Below the pieces are notes generated by a model that saw nothing but the letters and a program-made list of their open reading frames with translations, did not search any database and was not told the DNA's origin. Both the position numbers and the translations under genes were made by a program. This document shows, piece by piece, positions 1 to 9,067 of a stretch of 32,000 bases of DNA. The DNA comes from Candidatus Hodarchaeota archaeon. Its GTDB lineage: Archaea > Asgardarchaeota > Heimdallarchaeia > Hodarchaeales > Hodarchaeaceae. The stretch covers positions 115,175 through 147,174 of the forward strand of contig JAEOTC010000086.1 of assembly GCA_016840035.1 (NCBI GenBank), in the 5' to 3' direction. Within the stretch, counting starts at the first letter, position 1. Every line of letters starts with the position of its first letter.

Positions 1-396
1 TCGATTAGATTAAGTCACCTTGGAATCCATGTGAAATCTACTTATGATTGGCGATTTCGAACAAAAGATGATTTGTTGGTAGGTATTTCAGGTTCAGGGG
101 TATCTAGAAGAACACTGGAACAAGTGAAAAGCGCTAAACTATCTAAAATGAAAATTCTTGGCTTAACGTCATTTCCTGAATCTGCTTTAGCAGAGGATAG
201 TGATATACTATTAGAAATTGAGGGGAGACATGAGGAAGTGAGTGCTGATTTCCGAAAGATATCAGATATGAGTTTTTTCGTTCCTTCATTTGAATACGCC
301 GCTGCAATTGCTTTAGATTCATGTGTAGCTCAAATTGCTGATAATTTAGGCATTACAGAAGAATCTATGAAAGCAGAACATGCAAATATTGAATGA
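1..396 (+). CDS. hxlB: 6-phospho-3-hexuloisomerase (SIS domain), 5'-truncated by the window edge
   Basis: Frame 1 is open from nt 1 (SIRLSHLGIH... precedes the tracked ORF at 31). SIS-type motifs RLxHLG and DLLVGISGSGxS are present. The gene lies tail-to-tail with an HPS gene. Confidence 0.7.
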   Translation, partial: SIRLSHLGIHVKSTYDWRFRTKDDLLVGISGSGVSRRTLEQVKSAKLSKMKILGLTSFPESALAEDSDILLEIEGRHEEVSADFRKISDMSFFVPSFEYAAAIALDSCVAQIADNLGITEESMKAEHANIE

Positions 397-405
397 TAGG
401 AACCT

Positions 406-1098
406 TCAAGAATTAAGAGAGTCGAGGAATTTTTTCAATTCAACAAGGGGCTCCTCTGCTTGATAGATAGCTCTTCCCACAATAATTATGTCAGAACCAC
501 TTTTCAAAGGTTTTTGAACATTTTCTAAGGTGATACCTCCTGCTACCGCTATTAAACTGGGAACTAGTGACTTATATTTCTTAATTATTTCCCAAGAATA
601 TTCCTTTCCTGAGAGTTCTTCATCAATCCCTCTATGAATGATTAAAACATCAGGAAAGAGTTCTAATGCTTCGATCTTCTTTTCAAACGCATAAAATGGG
701 ACTCCCAACGTGTCAACCCAGCTATCGATATTCAAGGTTTTGCATTCACTGATAAAATTGTCAATTGTAGCGATAGGGGCAAGTCCAGAAACTACACAGG
801 CATCAACTTTTGCTTGAGCACCAATATTTACTTCAAGTTTACCGACATCTAATGTCTTGAAATCAGCAATAATGTAGTTTGAGGGAAAAAATTCCCGACA
901 GAATGGAGCTATCTTGCGTAAGCCTTCATTCTTCAGGAAAGGAGTACCAATTTCTATCAATAGTTGAGAAGAAGTAATTTTTGCTATTTTCATAAAGAGA
1001 TTTCTTACTTCAGATACTATAGGGATATCTATCGCAAGTTGGAGATATGGAGGGAATTTCAAGCTATTGGATCTTTGAGAGTTCAACTTTATGTTCAT
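406..1098 (-). CDS. hxlA: 3-hexulose-6-phosphate synthase (OMP-decarboxylase fold)
   Basis: LQLAIDIP, IEIGTPFLK, IIADFKTLDVG, VAGGITLEN and IIIVGRAIY match the HPS signature pattern. Start placed at ATG 1098 (MNIKL...) because the longer ORF would overlap the upstream radical-SAM gene by 38 nt. Confidence 0.75.
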   Translation of the reverse strand: MNIKLNSQRSNSLKFPPYLQLAIDIPIVSEVRNLFMKIAKITSSQLLIEIGTPFLKNEGLRKIAPFCREFFPSNYIIADFKTLDVGKLEVNIGAQAKVDACVVSGLAPIATIDNFISECKTLNIDSWVDTLGVPFYAFEKKIEALELFPDVLIIHRGIDEELSGKEYSWEIIKKYKSLVPSLIAVAGGITLENVQKPLKSGSDIIIVGRAIYQAEEPLVELKKFLDSLNS

Positions 1099-1117
1099 CT
1101 TATTTCTAAGACTCAGA

Positions 1118-2242
1118 TTAATTGAAGGGAATAAATGTTGTCTGTAGATTATCAAAGGAAGGGTATTCTTCAGCCATACCTACTTGTGCTTTCGGAAATT
1201 TCGTAATAATTTCCTGAGTAATTTCCTCTAATAAGGCAGCATTAGTTAGGAGCCTTTGTTTTTCATAATCAATATGAACTAAGTTCGCTGGAATATCCAA
1301 GTCTAGGACAAGGTACCGTTTTACCTCTTCCAAATCATAATCTACAGTTTTGATGATTCCTCTAATGAGGAGTCCTTTGTCAGTTCCCTCTTCTATGACA
1401 ACATCCGAAGGAAGTTTAGTGTTCATTGCCAATCGAAATAATCTGTTCGGTAATTGTACATTGTCCTTAGTGGCAAGTGCACAATAATGAACTGGAATTT
1501 TTGTATTCATCGTGGCCCATTCAACTATTTCCATTGCCAGCCTTGAACTATTCTTTACGGCAGACAGTCTAACCTCGTCAACTTCTAATTTATGAGAAAG
1601 AATATTCCTATAATTTGTTTCGCTTATCTCTAGTTCATTAAGATTTATGAAAAAAAAACGATTATCTTTAGGGATTATAGTTTCAAATTTCTTTATAATT
1701 TCTTGGTAGAAACTCATTCCTTTTGTTGGGATAACAGGTATTTCAATTCCAACATCAATTTCAAACTGTATGGCAAGTTGGATGGTTTTAATTTCCTTCT
1801 TAATGTTCAGAACATGAAATCTGATCTCATCCAGATAGGGAGTAATTTCTTTTAATAATGATTTATTTAGATCTTTTCCTCTTGTGTAGGCATGAATATG
1901 AAAATTTTCAGAAAAATGTTCTTTTAATGCCTTACAATATGAAAGAGTTTTATTAAACGAATGTAATTCAAGTGGATCTCCGCCTGTCATACTTGCTCCT
2001 TTGGCATTCATGTGTACAGCCTCAACAAGAAGTTCTGAGATGCTAGAAAAGGGGCGTTCATTGGCAAATGATGTCTTAGCTTCCTTTCGCTCAATACTTA
2101 AAGGACAATAAAAACAGCTACTCGAACATTGTGAACTAACCAGAACGACCATTTTCTCCCCTGATATGCATTGTTGACATCCTCTGGATATTGAACCAGA
2201 AAACATGCTTCCCCAATTAGTTTTCTTAGGTTTATTAGTCAT
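1118..2242 (-). CDS. radical SAM protein, pyruvate formate-lyase-activase-related family of unknown function
   Basis: CxxxCxxC cluster motif (CSSSCFYCP) preceded by GCQQC. GGDPL glycine-rich SAM-binding segment. Length of about 374 aa. Confidence 0.75.
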   Translation of the reverse strand: MTNKPKKTNWGSMFSGSISRGCQQCISGEKMVVLVSSQCSSSCFYCPLSIERKEAKTSFANERPFSSISELLVEAVHMNAKGASMTGGDPLELHSFNKTLSYCKALKEHFSENFHIHAYTRGKDLNKSLLKEITPYLDEIRFHVLNIKKEIKTIQLAIQFEIDVGIEIPVIPTKGMSFYQEIIKKFETIIPKDNRFFFINLNELEISETNYRNILSHKLEVDEVRLSAVKNSSRLAMEIVEWATMNTKIPVHYCALATKDNVQLPNRLFRLAMNTKLPSDVVIEEGTDKGLLIRGIIKTVDYDLEEVKRYLVLDLDIPANLVHIDYEKQRLLTNAALLEEITQEIITKFPKAQVGMAEEYPSFDNLQTTFIPFN

Positions 2243-2292
2243 ATTATCCCGTTTGAAGAAGAATTCAGCTTAAAATAAGTACTTACTACGTG

Positions 2293-2532
2293 TTAGAATT
2301 CCTGGAAATGAACAAGGAAGTGATCGCCCTGGGAAACGACTTTATAAACTCCAGGTAAGTCTCTCCGACCAAGTACTTTTTTTGTATAAAATTTAAGTTT
2401 TCTAGAAGAAAGATCCTTCGCAACTAAGGTTTTTCCTTCCTTTTTTGTTTTAATACCTTCTTTCTCTTTGATCATTTTTGCTAAGTCATCTAGTATATCT
2501 GGGTCTGGAATGTTTGAAAGATCTACCTTCAT
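2293..2532 (-). CDS. hypothetical small basic protein (79 aa)
   Basis: Intact ORF co-directional with its neighbours and separated by short gaps. No family recognised. Confidence 0.4.
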   Translation of the reverse strand: MKVDLSNIPDPDILDDLAKMIKEKEGIKTKKEGKTLVAKDLSSRKLKFYTKKVLGRRDLPGVYKVVSQGDHFLVHFQEF

Positions 2533-2571
2533 ACTTTTTCACCTATATGATGTTGATTAGGGTAAACTCTA

Positions 2572-3084
2572 CTAATTAATATCTGAATCACTAAGATCTG
2601 GAAGAGAAATGTCAATATAATCAAGGAGTACTGATAGATTATTATTATTGCGCATTTCTATAAGGTTAGTTTCGGCAGCAATAAATCTAGTGCATTCTCC
2701 TGCCTGGGATGATGTCGTTAAATTTCTATATGAGCATGCACGACTAATATCAAGAATAACGGATTCGAAAGGTCGTGATAACAGTTCCTGACGCACTTGA
2801 GATTCTGAAAATAAGCCGCTGGCTAAACCTGAAGATATAATCGGTTCAGCTTTCATTATATATTGGAGGAGACAGTTTATATGTCCAATATAACCATTAT
2901 CGACTTCCGCAACAATTTTTTCGTCAAACAGATCGTTTAATTCAACTCTATTTCCGCAATGAGAACAGATTAATCTTCCATTATTTGCAACGATTTCATA
3001 TATTAAAAATTCATTGAAATCATTGTCTTTTATTTCCAACTGGATCGATTCTCCGTAAAATATTCTTAGGAACGAGTTTTCCAC
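2572..3084 (-). CDS. hypothetical protein (170 aa) with a possible CxxC...HxxC metal site
   Basis: Intact ORF that heads a co-directional minus-strand gene run. Contains CSHCGN and GHINC. No family recognised. Confidence 0.4.
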   Translation of the reverse strand: MENSFLRIFYGESIQLEIKDNDFNEFLIYEIVANNGRLICSHCGNRVELNDLFDEKIVAEVDNGYIGHINCLLQYIMKAEPIISSGLASGLFSESQVRQELLSRPFESVILDISRACSYRNLTTSSQAGECTRFIAAETNLIEMRNNNNLSVLLDYIDISLPDLSDSDIN

Positions 3085-3373
3085 TACATTGTGCCGTCTA
3101 TTTCTGAAATATTTATAGTATTTTCTTAGGGAAAATACATAAATTTTGATTCCTTGGGTATTGGATTTTCCTATGAAGGTGTTAGATCAGTGATGAAACT
3201 TAAAAAGTAAAAATCATATATACGAAAAGAAAGGTTTTTCTAGATTTTTTGATTAGGCTGTCACAGAGAAGCTTGGAATTCAGAGCTCAATAAGATTGTT
3301 CTGACATCGTATATATTCCAAAAAATTGAGTATCTCTATATTCAATTCAATTAGAAGGTCTGGGTGATCAAAA

Positions 3374-3649
3374 ATGGAAGATAAAATTGAAAATTCAAAG
3401 ATGTTGTTACAGCAAATTTCATCAGATCATAGTGTACCAAAAAACATCAGAAGAGCGGCTAAAGAAGCATATATGGCGGTAACAGGTAAGAATAGCCAAG
3501 ATGATGACCCACCTGAAGTACGGGCGAATTTTGCTATTTCTATTCTGGATGAAATTAGTCAGGATCCAAATTGTCCTCTTTTTGCACGTACCAAAATATG
3601 GGGTATTTTGTCCTTACTAGAAACCATTACATCAGAGTCTCAGGAATAA
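3374..3649 (+). CDS. UPF0147 family protein (conserved archaeal helical protein)
   Basis: SVPKNIRRAAKEA ... VRANFAISILDEISQDPNCPLFARTKIWGILSLLE matches the UPF0147 consensus as I remember it. GGGTGAT Shine-Dalgarno sequence lies upstream of the ATG. Confidence 0.75.
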   Translation: MEDKIENSKMLLQQISSDHSVPKNIRRAAKEAYMAVTGKNSQDDDPPEVRANFAISILDEISQDPNCPLFARTKIWGILSLLETITSESQE

Positions 3650-3662
3650 AGTTGGGCACGGT

Positions 3663-3697
3663 AAAACGCCATAACTAGCGTTTTTCCTTCTTTTTTT
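3663..3697 (+). terminator. hairpin plus oligo-T terminator downstream of the UPF0147 gene
   Basis: 7-bp stem AAAACGC/GCGTTTT (3663-3669 with 3678-3684) and an 8-nt loop, followed by TTTTTCCTTCTTTTTTT. Confidence 0.5.
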
Positions 3698-3734
3698 AGT
3701 ATAAAAAATAAATGAATAGTTTCTCATTAAAGAG

Positions 3735-3741
3735 AAAAAAA
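3735..3741 (-). terminator. oligo-T (T7) tract downstream of the eL38 gene
   Basis: A7 run on the plus strand, equal to T7 on the minus strand, 18 nt past the eL38 stop. Archaeal termination typically uses oligo-T tracts. Confidence 0.4.
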
Positions 3742-3758
3742 TCCATGTTCGGAGAGCT

Positions 3759-3959
3759 CTAAACCTCTTCCACAGGTATATTTAAGTTTTGGACAATTTG
3801 ATTAGCTTCTTTCGGAGATGTTTTAAAAGTATAGAGACGTTTTTTTGTTCTAAGTTTCAATTTCACAATATCAGAGTCTTTTAATCGTTTGACATAACAA
3901 ACAGATGCTAAATCAAGGGTGGCCATAAATTCTTCTTTGGATTTTAACTCTTCTGGCAA
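3759..3959 (-). CDS. rpl38e: ribosomal protein eL38 (L38e)
   Basis: The 66-aa MPEELKSKEEF...VKLKLRTKKRLYTFKTSPKEANQIVQNL aligns by eye along its whole length with eukaryotic RPL38 (MP..IEEIKDF...[29 protein letters not shown]). Confidence 0.8.
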   Translation of the reverse strand: MPEELKSKEEFMATLDLASVCYVKRLKDSDIVKLKLRTKKRLYTFKTSPKEANQIVQNLNIPVEEV

Positions 3960-4040
3960 TTCTATTTCTTCCTGTATGAATTTTACTCGTAATTGTCCTT
4001 TCTTGAAATGAATTTTTATTTTTAATTCATTTTTTCCTAT

Positions 4041-4571
4041 CTATTTACTTAGATTCTCTTTGGAGAAATACTCTTTCACCTCTCCCCCACAATCCGGACA
4101 ATGCTGATGTGATCCTCGAATGACTGTTTTACAATTTTTACATTTTAGATAAGTCTTTCGTATCTCTGTGATTTCTTTCCCGCTGATTACATATATCGGA
4201 ATTCTAATCTGCTTCGCGATATTTTGCAAAGCAAGGTCATTTGTCACCAATACGCCCCCTTCTTGCTTGGCCAAGGATAAAACTTCAATATCCGTTTTGG
4301 AAAGACGTGTTTTAGGATCTAGCTCAAGTATTTTATTTTTGACTGTTTCTATAATTAGAGGGTCAGGAGATGATACTTTTAACTTATTGGTTTGGAGCAT
4401 GACATCTGAATTCATCTTTGATCGAAAATCTTTCAATTCTTGTAAAACCGAATTGACTGTCATAAATTTTCTGACCCTAAGAGTCTGAAGACCTGGAAAA
4501 TCTAGTCTGATAAATACTGTTGAATCTAATACAAATATTTGCTGAGAATTCTTGTTCAAGTCTAGTCTCAA
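4041..4571 (-). CDS. nob1: Nob1-type endonuclease (PIN domain plus C-terminal zinc ribbon)
   Basis: PIN motifs VLDSTVFI and LVTNDLALQN. C-terminal CKNC...CPDCGG zinc ribbon. TTG start overlaps the NAD kinase stop (TTGA). Confidence 0.75.
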   Translation of the reverse strand: MRLDLNKNSQQIFVLDSTVFIRLDFPGLQTLRVRKFMTVNSVLQELKDFRSKMNSDVMLQTNKLKVSSPDPLIIETVKNKILELDPKTRLSKTDIEVLSLAKQEGGVLVTNDLALQNIAKQIRIPIYVISGKEITEIRKTYLKCKNCKTVIRGSHQHCPDCGGEVKEYFSKENLSK

Positions 4572-5428
4572 TCCCCAATTTCAGGATGTAAGTGCTGTCG
4601 CCATCTTGAAGTAAAATGACGTCGCCGATAGAATTTTACTTTTTCTTGAGACAAAGAAATAGAGAATTTTACAGGTGTAGTATATTCTACACTAACCTGT
4701 CCATCAAATACCATTTTGATAGGATTAATTCTAGTTGAACAAATTATATCAATATTACGTGAACGATTTAGAATCACAGGACGAGAAGCTAAATTTATCG
4801 GATTAATCCATGAAATTATTATCCCCTGTAGGTTAGGATCCATAATACTCCCCCCACTAGATAAACTATGACCAGTTGAACCAATAGGAGTTGCTATAAT
4901 TATTCCATCAGCGGGAGAACCTGAAATAACTTCATTTTCCACAAGTACTTTAAAATCGATTGGTTTTAGTAGATCACCTGAAGTAATTAAGATTTCATTG
5001 ATTGCAGATCCTTGTAGATCTTTATCGATTTTTGCCATTATTTTAGTATGTTCTTCTAGTCGATAATTTCCTTGAAAAAATGATGCTAGAGAGATTTCGA
5101 TCTCATTTAACTCAATCTCTGTCATAAATCCCTTTCTCCCCTTATTAATGGATAAGATTGGGATATCAGGTTTGGCTCGTGCGATTCTAAGAATTGTTCC
5201 ATCTCCACCGATTGAAAGAATACAATCAGTTTTCATTTCTTGGAGTGATACTTTCTGAAATTTTTTGACCAAATCTGGATTATTCTTCTCAAGGAAGGTG
5301 AAAAGTTCAGGATTCAGTGAAAAGGAAATATGTTTGCTCTCATCAAGAGAGAGAATTCGCTTAAGGATATCTATTGTCTCTTCACATAAGACTTGGGAGA
5401 AAATACCAATTTGTGATACTTCTACCAA
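4568..5428 (-). CDS. nadK: NAD kinase
   Basis: GGDGTILR, NEILI and IATPIGSTGHSLSSGGS motifs. TTG start. Confidence 0.85.
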   Translation of the reverse strand: MVEVSQIGIFSQVLCEETIDILKRILSLDESKHISFSLNPELFTFLEKNNPDLVKKFQKVSLQEMKTDCILSIGGDGTILRIARAKPDIPILSINKGRKGFMTEIELNEIEISLASFFQGNYRLEEHTKIMAKIDKDLQGSAINEILITSGDLLKPIDFKVLVENEVISGSPADGIIIATPIGSTGHSLSSGGSIMDPNLQGIIISWINPINLASRPVILNRSRNIDIICSTRINPIKMVFDGQVSVEYTTPVKFSISLSQEKVKFYRRRHFTSRWRQHLHPEIGD

Positions 5429-5443
5429 GAATTAAACATCCTT

Positions 5444-5881
5444 CTAGTATTCCATTTCCCGAACTAAAGTAACTTTTTTCCGATCCATTACCTCCCAGTA
5501 ATCGATCTCGATACCCTTTCCAGCCTTAAAAAGTTCATTTAATTTTAACTTTAAATCTTCCTCTGTTGGAGAATCCACAATAAAAGTTTCATATGATTCA
5601 TTGTCCATGACATGTACGAATCCTGTATTCGATTCGACATTGGTTACCTGTCCTGTTTTTTTCTCAATAATAGGAACGTTTACCCGCTTGTCAACAGGCG
5701 AAATTAATTGTCGTTTTTGATTATCAAAAAGACCTATAATCATCATTCGAGCTTTAGCCGCTCCATGTTTACCAGGCTTTGACTTATCGATCGATATTAC
5801 TTTGCATGGTTCATTTGAATCTGGATCAATGATATATCTTCCTACCTTGATGGTACCTATTTTTTTCGGTTCGTACGCCAT
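5444..5881 (-). CDS. eif5a: translation initiation factor 5A (aIF5A)
   Basis: Hypusine-loop motif SKPGKHGAAKAR. About 145 aa. KOW-like N-terminus plus OB-fold C-terminus pattern. Confidence 0.9.
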   Translation of the reverse strand: MAYEPKKIGTIKVGRYIIDPDSNEPCKVISIDKSKPGKHGAAKARMMIIGLFDNQKRQLISPVDKRVNVPIIEKKTGQVTNVESNTGFVHVMDNESYETFIVDSPTEEDLKLKLNELFKAGKGIEIDYWEVMDRKKVTLVREMEY

Positions 5882-6096
5882 GGGATAACACCTTTAAAAG
5901 ATTTTACAGGGAATTCCTCTGAAAATCGACTTTAATCTGCAGAGGAAATGCTTAATTTAAATAGTTTTTAACAGCTTACTAGTTATTCCACCATTCTCAT
6001 TGTGTACAATATCTTCTGAATCGTTAAATATCCAAACTAAACTCGATTGGTTTGAAAGAGAAAAGATAGAAAAAGTTAATTTTCAGGTGGAATGAG

Positions 6097-6834
6097 TTGT
6101 TTGCCCCAAAAGGTTTAGGATATGACAGAGGGAGTACTATCTTTAGTCCTGATGGACGATTGTTTCAGGTAGAATATGCTATAGAAGCCGTGAAAAGGGG
6201 CACAACAGCAGTCGGCATTAAAACTGATGAGGGATGCATTCTCGTTGTACAAAAGAGATTACATACCACTCTAATCGAAAAAGAAAATGTAAAGAAGATT
6301 TTCGCAATTGATGATCACATTGCTGTTGCAATTGCGGGTTTAACTGCTGATGCACGTATACTTGTGAATCAGGCACGAATACAAGCCCAAATTCATCAAA
6401 TCACCTATAATGAATCAATCACTGTAGAAAATCTTACATATAGAATAGCGGATATGAAACAAGCATATACTCAACATGCAGGTGTCAGACCTTTTGGAGT
6501 CTCTTTGATCATAGCAGGGGTTGATGAAATTCATGGACCTCAATTGTACATGACAGAACCGAGTGGAAGCTACTGGGGGTATCGTGCCGCAGTGATTGGA
6601 TCTGGAACTCCGATAATCATAGAAGAATTAGAGAAATCTTACCCTAAAATATCTAAGACGATCCAAGAAGGAATAATTATCGCTCTAAAGGCATTACAAA
6701 AAGTGACGGACGATATTTTGGATCCCGAAATGGTAGAAATTGCTGTAATCTCAACTTCTGACAGAAAATTAATCTACTTTAGCTCGATAGATATATTAAA
6801 TCTCATAAAGCAAATTGGAAACACAGAGGAATAG
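6097..6834 (+). CDS. psmA: proteasome alpha subunit
   Basis: YDRGSTIFSPDGRLFQVEYA N-terminal signature. TTG start preceded by an AGGTGG Shine-Dalgarno sequence. Confidence 0.9.
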   Translation: MFAPKGLGYDRGSTIFSPDGRLFQVEYAIEAVKRGTTAVGIKTDEGCILVVQKRLHTTLIEKENVKKIFAIDDHIAVAIAGLTADARILVNQARIQAQIHQITYNESITVENLTYRIADMKQAYTQHAGVRPFGVSLIIAGVDEIHGPQLYMTEPSGSYWGYRAAVIGSGTPIIIEELEKSYPKISKTIQEGIIIALKALQKVTDDILDPEMVEIAVISTSDRKLIYFSSIDILNLIKQIGNTEE

Positions 6835-6836
6835 TT

Positions 6837-7571
6837 ATGTTACGTGATGCCAGAAGAGTAGATCTTTCAGGAAAATCTGTTGTCCGGGCAAAATTTGAAG
6901 GAAATCGATTCGAACTAATCGTTAATCCTGAACTCGCCCTAAAGTACAAAATGGGTCTACTTGATGAATCGAAAACTATAGATGATATTTTAGAAGTGGA
7001 TGAAATATTTGTAAACGCCAGTAAAGGTGAACGAGCACCAGAGGAGATTCTTAATCATTGTTTCCAGACAACTGACGTAATGGAAATTGCAGAGAAAATT
7101 CTTATCAAAGGAGACTTAAATTTAACGGCAGAACAAAGACAAGAATTCTTTGAAAAGAAAAGAAAACAAATCGTTACCTTACTTGCGAAAACCTGTGTAA
7201 ATCCAAAAACCCGAACACCTCACCCGCCTTTACGAATCGAAAATGCGATGAAAGAGGCTAAAGTGATGATTGATCCATCAAAATCAGCAGAGGAGCAAGT
7301 TAAAGACATCATCGTTGAACTGAGAAAAGTAATTCCTATTAGTATGGAAACTGTAAAACTAGCGGTTCAAATTCCCCCAGAATATACAGGAAAAGCCTTT
7401 GGGGAAATCAAACGTAAAGGACAAATCGAAAAAGACGAATGGCAGAAAGATGGATCATGGATTGCGGTTGTTAGTGTAGCTGCAGGAGTGCAAGGGGAAT
7501 TTATGGAGATGGTTCAAGGAATGACGAAAGGTCGTTCTGAAATCAAAGTCCTAGAACGAATAAGATTATGA
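6837..7571 (+). CDS. SBDS/Sdo1 ribosome maturation protein
   Basis: VVRAKFEGNRFELIVNPELALKYKMG N-terminal FYSH-domain pattern. Conserved position after psmA in the exosome superoperon. Confidence 0.85.
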   Translation: MLRDARRVDLSGKSVVRAKFEGNRFELIVNPELALKYKMGLLDESKTIDDILEVDEIFVNASKGERAPEEILNHCFQTTDVMEIAEKILIKGDLNLTAEQRQEFFEKKRKQIVTLLAKTCVNPKTRTPHPPLRIENAMKEAKVMIDPSKSAEEQVKDIIVELRKVIPISMETVKLAVQIPPEYTGKAFGEIKRKGQIEKDEWQKDGSWIAVVSVAAGVQGEFMEMVQGMTKGRSEIKVLERIRL

Positions 7572-7578
7572 TAATAAA

Positions 7579-8295
7579 GTGATCAAAATGGGAATTTTAG
7601 TAAGTAAAAATCAACTGGTTGTACCAGGTGAGGTTTTAGCGCGCGGATCGGGAGTTAATGTCGCCGGTGGAGTATATAGAAAAAAAGTTAAGGGAGAAAC
7701 TGAAATAATAGCCTCCATGATCGGTTTAGTAAAAATACGCAAAGACAGTGTAGGTGTAGTCCCCTTAGAAGGATGTTATATTCCCCTAGAAGGAGATATA
7801 ATAATTGGAAAAATAGTAAAGGTTGGCATTACCTCTTGGAATGTCGATATACGAGGTCCATACGTTGGGGCTCTTCGAGTTAATAGTGTGCTAGATCGCG
7901 ATTTCGATTCTCTTAGAGAAAGTCTGGATCAAGTTTTGAATCATGGTGATGTGATTAAAGCACAAATAACGTATTTTGATAGAACTAGAGATCCAGTACT
8001 CACTATGCAAGGAAGAGGGCTTCGAAAAATTACACATGGTAGATTAATCGAAGTCGATCCTGTCAAGATACCAAGAATTATTGGGAAGAAAGGCAGTATG
8101 ATCCAATTATTAAAGAATATGACAAATGCGCAGATAATTGTGGGTCAAAATGGGCGTATTGTTGTTTCTGCCAACTCCGTTGAGAAAGAAAACTTGGTAA
8201 TTAATGCTATTAGGAAAATTGAAGCGGAAGCTCATACAAGTGGACTTACCGATCGAATAAGAGCTTATTTAGACGCTGAAAAACGAAAATTATGA
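7579..8295 (+). CDS. rrp4: exosome cap subunit Rrp4 (S1 plus KH)
   Basis: S1-like segment GDIIIGKIVKV.. and KH motif IPRIIGKKGSMIQLL. Conserved position before rrp41. The start could be ATG 7588 instead of GTG 7579. Confidence 0.85.
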   Translation: MIKMGILVSKNQLVVPGEVLARGSGVNVAGGVYRKKVKGETEIIASMIGLVKIRKDSVGVVPLEGCYIPLEGDIIIGKIVKVGITSWNVDIRGPYVGALRVNSVLDRDFDSLRESLDQVLNHGDVIKAQITYFDRTRDPVLTMQGRGLRKITHGRLIEVDPVKIPRIIGKKGSMIQLLKNMTNAQIIVGQNGRIVVSANSVEKENLVINAIRKIEAEAHTSGLTDRIRAYLDAEKRKL

Positions 8296-8311
8296 TAAAG
8301 GTTGAATTTAA

Positions 8312-9067
8312 ATGACACAAGAGAAAACATCTCTACTTTTAGATAATGGAAGACGTTTAGATGGTAGAGAACTTCATGAATTACGTCCAATTACTATGCG
8401 AAGTAGTGTGTTGGATAGAGCAGATGGGAGTTGTTACCTCACTTGGGGTAATAACAAAATTATATGTGCAGTATATGGTCCTAGAGAATTGCATCCAAAA
8501 CATTTAGCTAAACCAGATCGAGCTATCGTTCGTGTTGAATATCGACTAGCCACATTTTCTGTAAATGAACGAAAAAGTCCCGCTCCTAGAAGAAGGGAAT
8601 ATGAATTAAGTAAATTAATTAAAGAGTCTTTAGATGCAGTTCTATTCTTAGAAAAATTTCCTAACGGCACAATTGATGTTTATATCACGGTTTTAGATGC
8701 AGATGGAGGAACCCGATGTGCTGCTCTAACAGCGGCATCGATAGCCCTAGCCGACGCCGGTATTCCAATGAAAGGATTCATTACGGGCTGTGCGGTTGGA
8801 AAAGTTGCCGATAAAATGGTTGTTGACTTATCTGATGTTGAAGATAAAGATGGCCAAGGTGATATGCCCGTAGCTATGAATCATAACACCGGGGAAATCA
8901 CTCTGCTTCAATGTGATGGAGAATTCACAACTGATGAGGTAAAAGAAGGATTATCACTCGCAGTTGATGCAATTGGTGAGGTTTACAAGATGCAAAGAGA
9001 AGCAGTTTTAGCGAAATACACCCAAATCGAGGGAAAAATAGATGACTTGGGAGAAGAAGAGGAATAG
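8312..9067 (+). CDS. rrp41: exosome RNase PH subunit Rrp41
   Basis: RLDGRELHELRPI...DGSCYLTWGNNKIICAVYGPRE RNase PH signature. Confidence 0.9.
   Translation: MTQEKTSLLLDNGRRLDGRELHELRPITMRSSVLDRADGSCYLTWGNNKIICAVYGPRELHPKHLAKPDRAIVRVEYRLATFSVNERKSPAPRRREYELSKLIKESLDAVLFLEKFPNGTIDVYITVLDADGGTRCAALTAASIALADAGIPMKGFITGCAVGKVADKMVVDLSDVEDKDGQGDMPVAMNHNTGEITLLQCDGEFTTDEVKEGLSLAVDAIGEVYKMQREAVLAKYTQIEGKIDDLGEEEE

Noticed and set aside
3190-3260. Possible C/D-box sRNA (GTGATGA at about 3191 in the 3085-3373 spacer)
   Set aside because: No properly spaced D box (CTGA), no C'/D' boxes and no terminal stem occur downstream, so the C-box-like heptamer is probably a chance match.
4168-4488. 106-aa plus-strand ORF inside the Nob1 gene
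   Set aside because: It lies entirely antisense to a well-supported PIN/Zn-ribbon CDS and has low-complexity hydrophobic content. It is a typical shadow ORF in AT-rich DNA.
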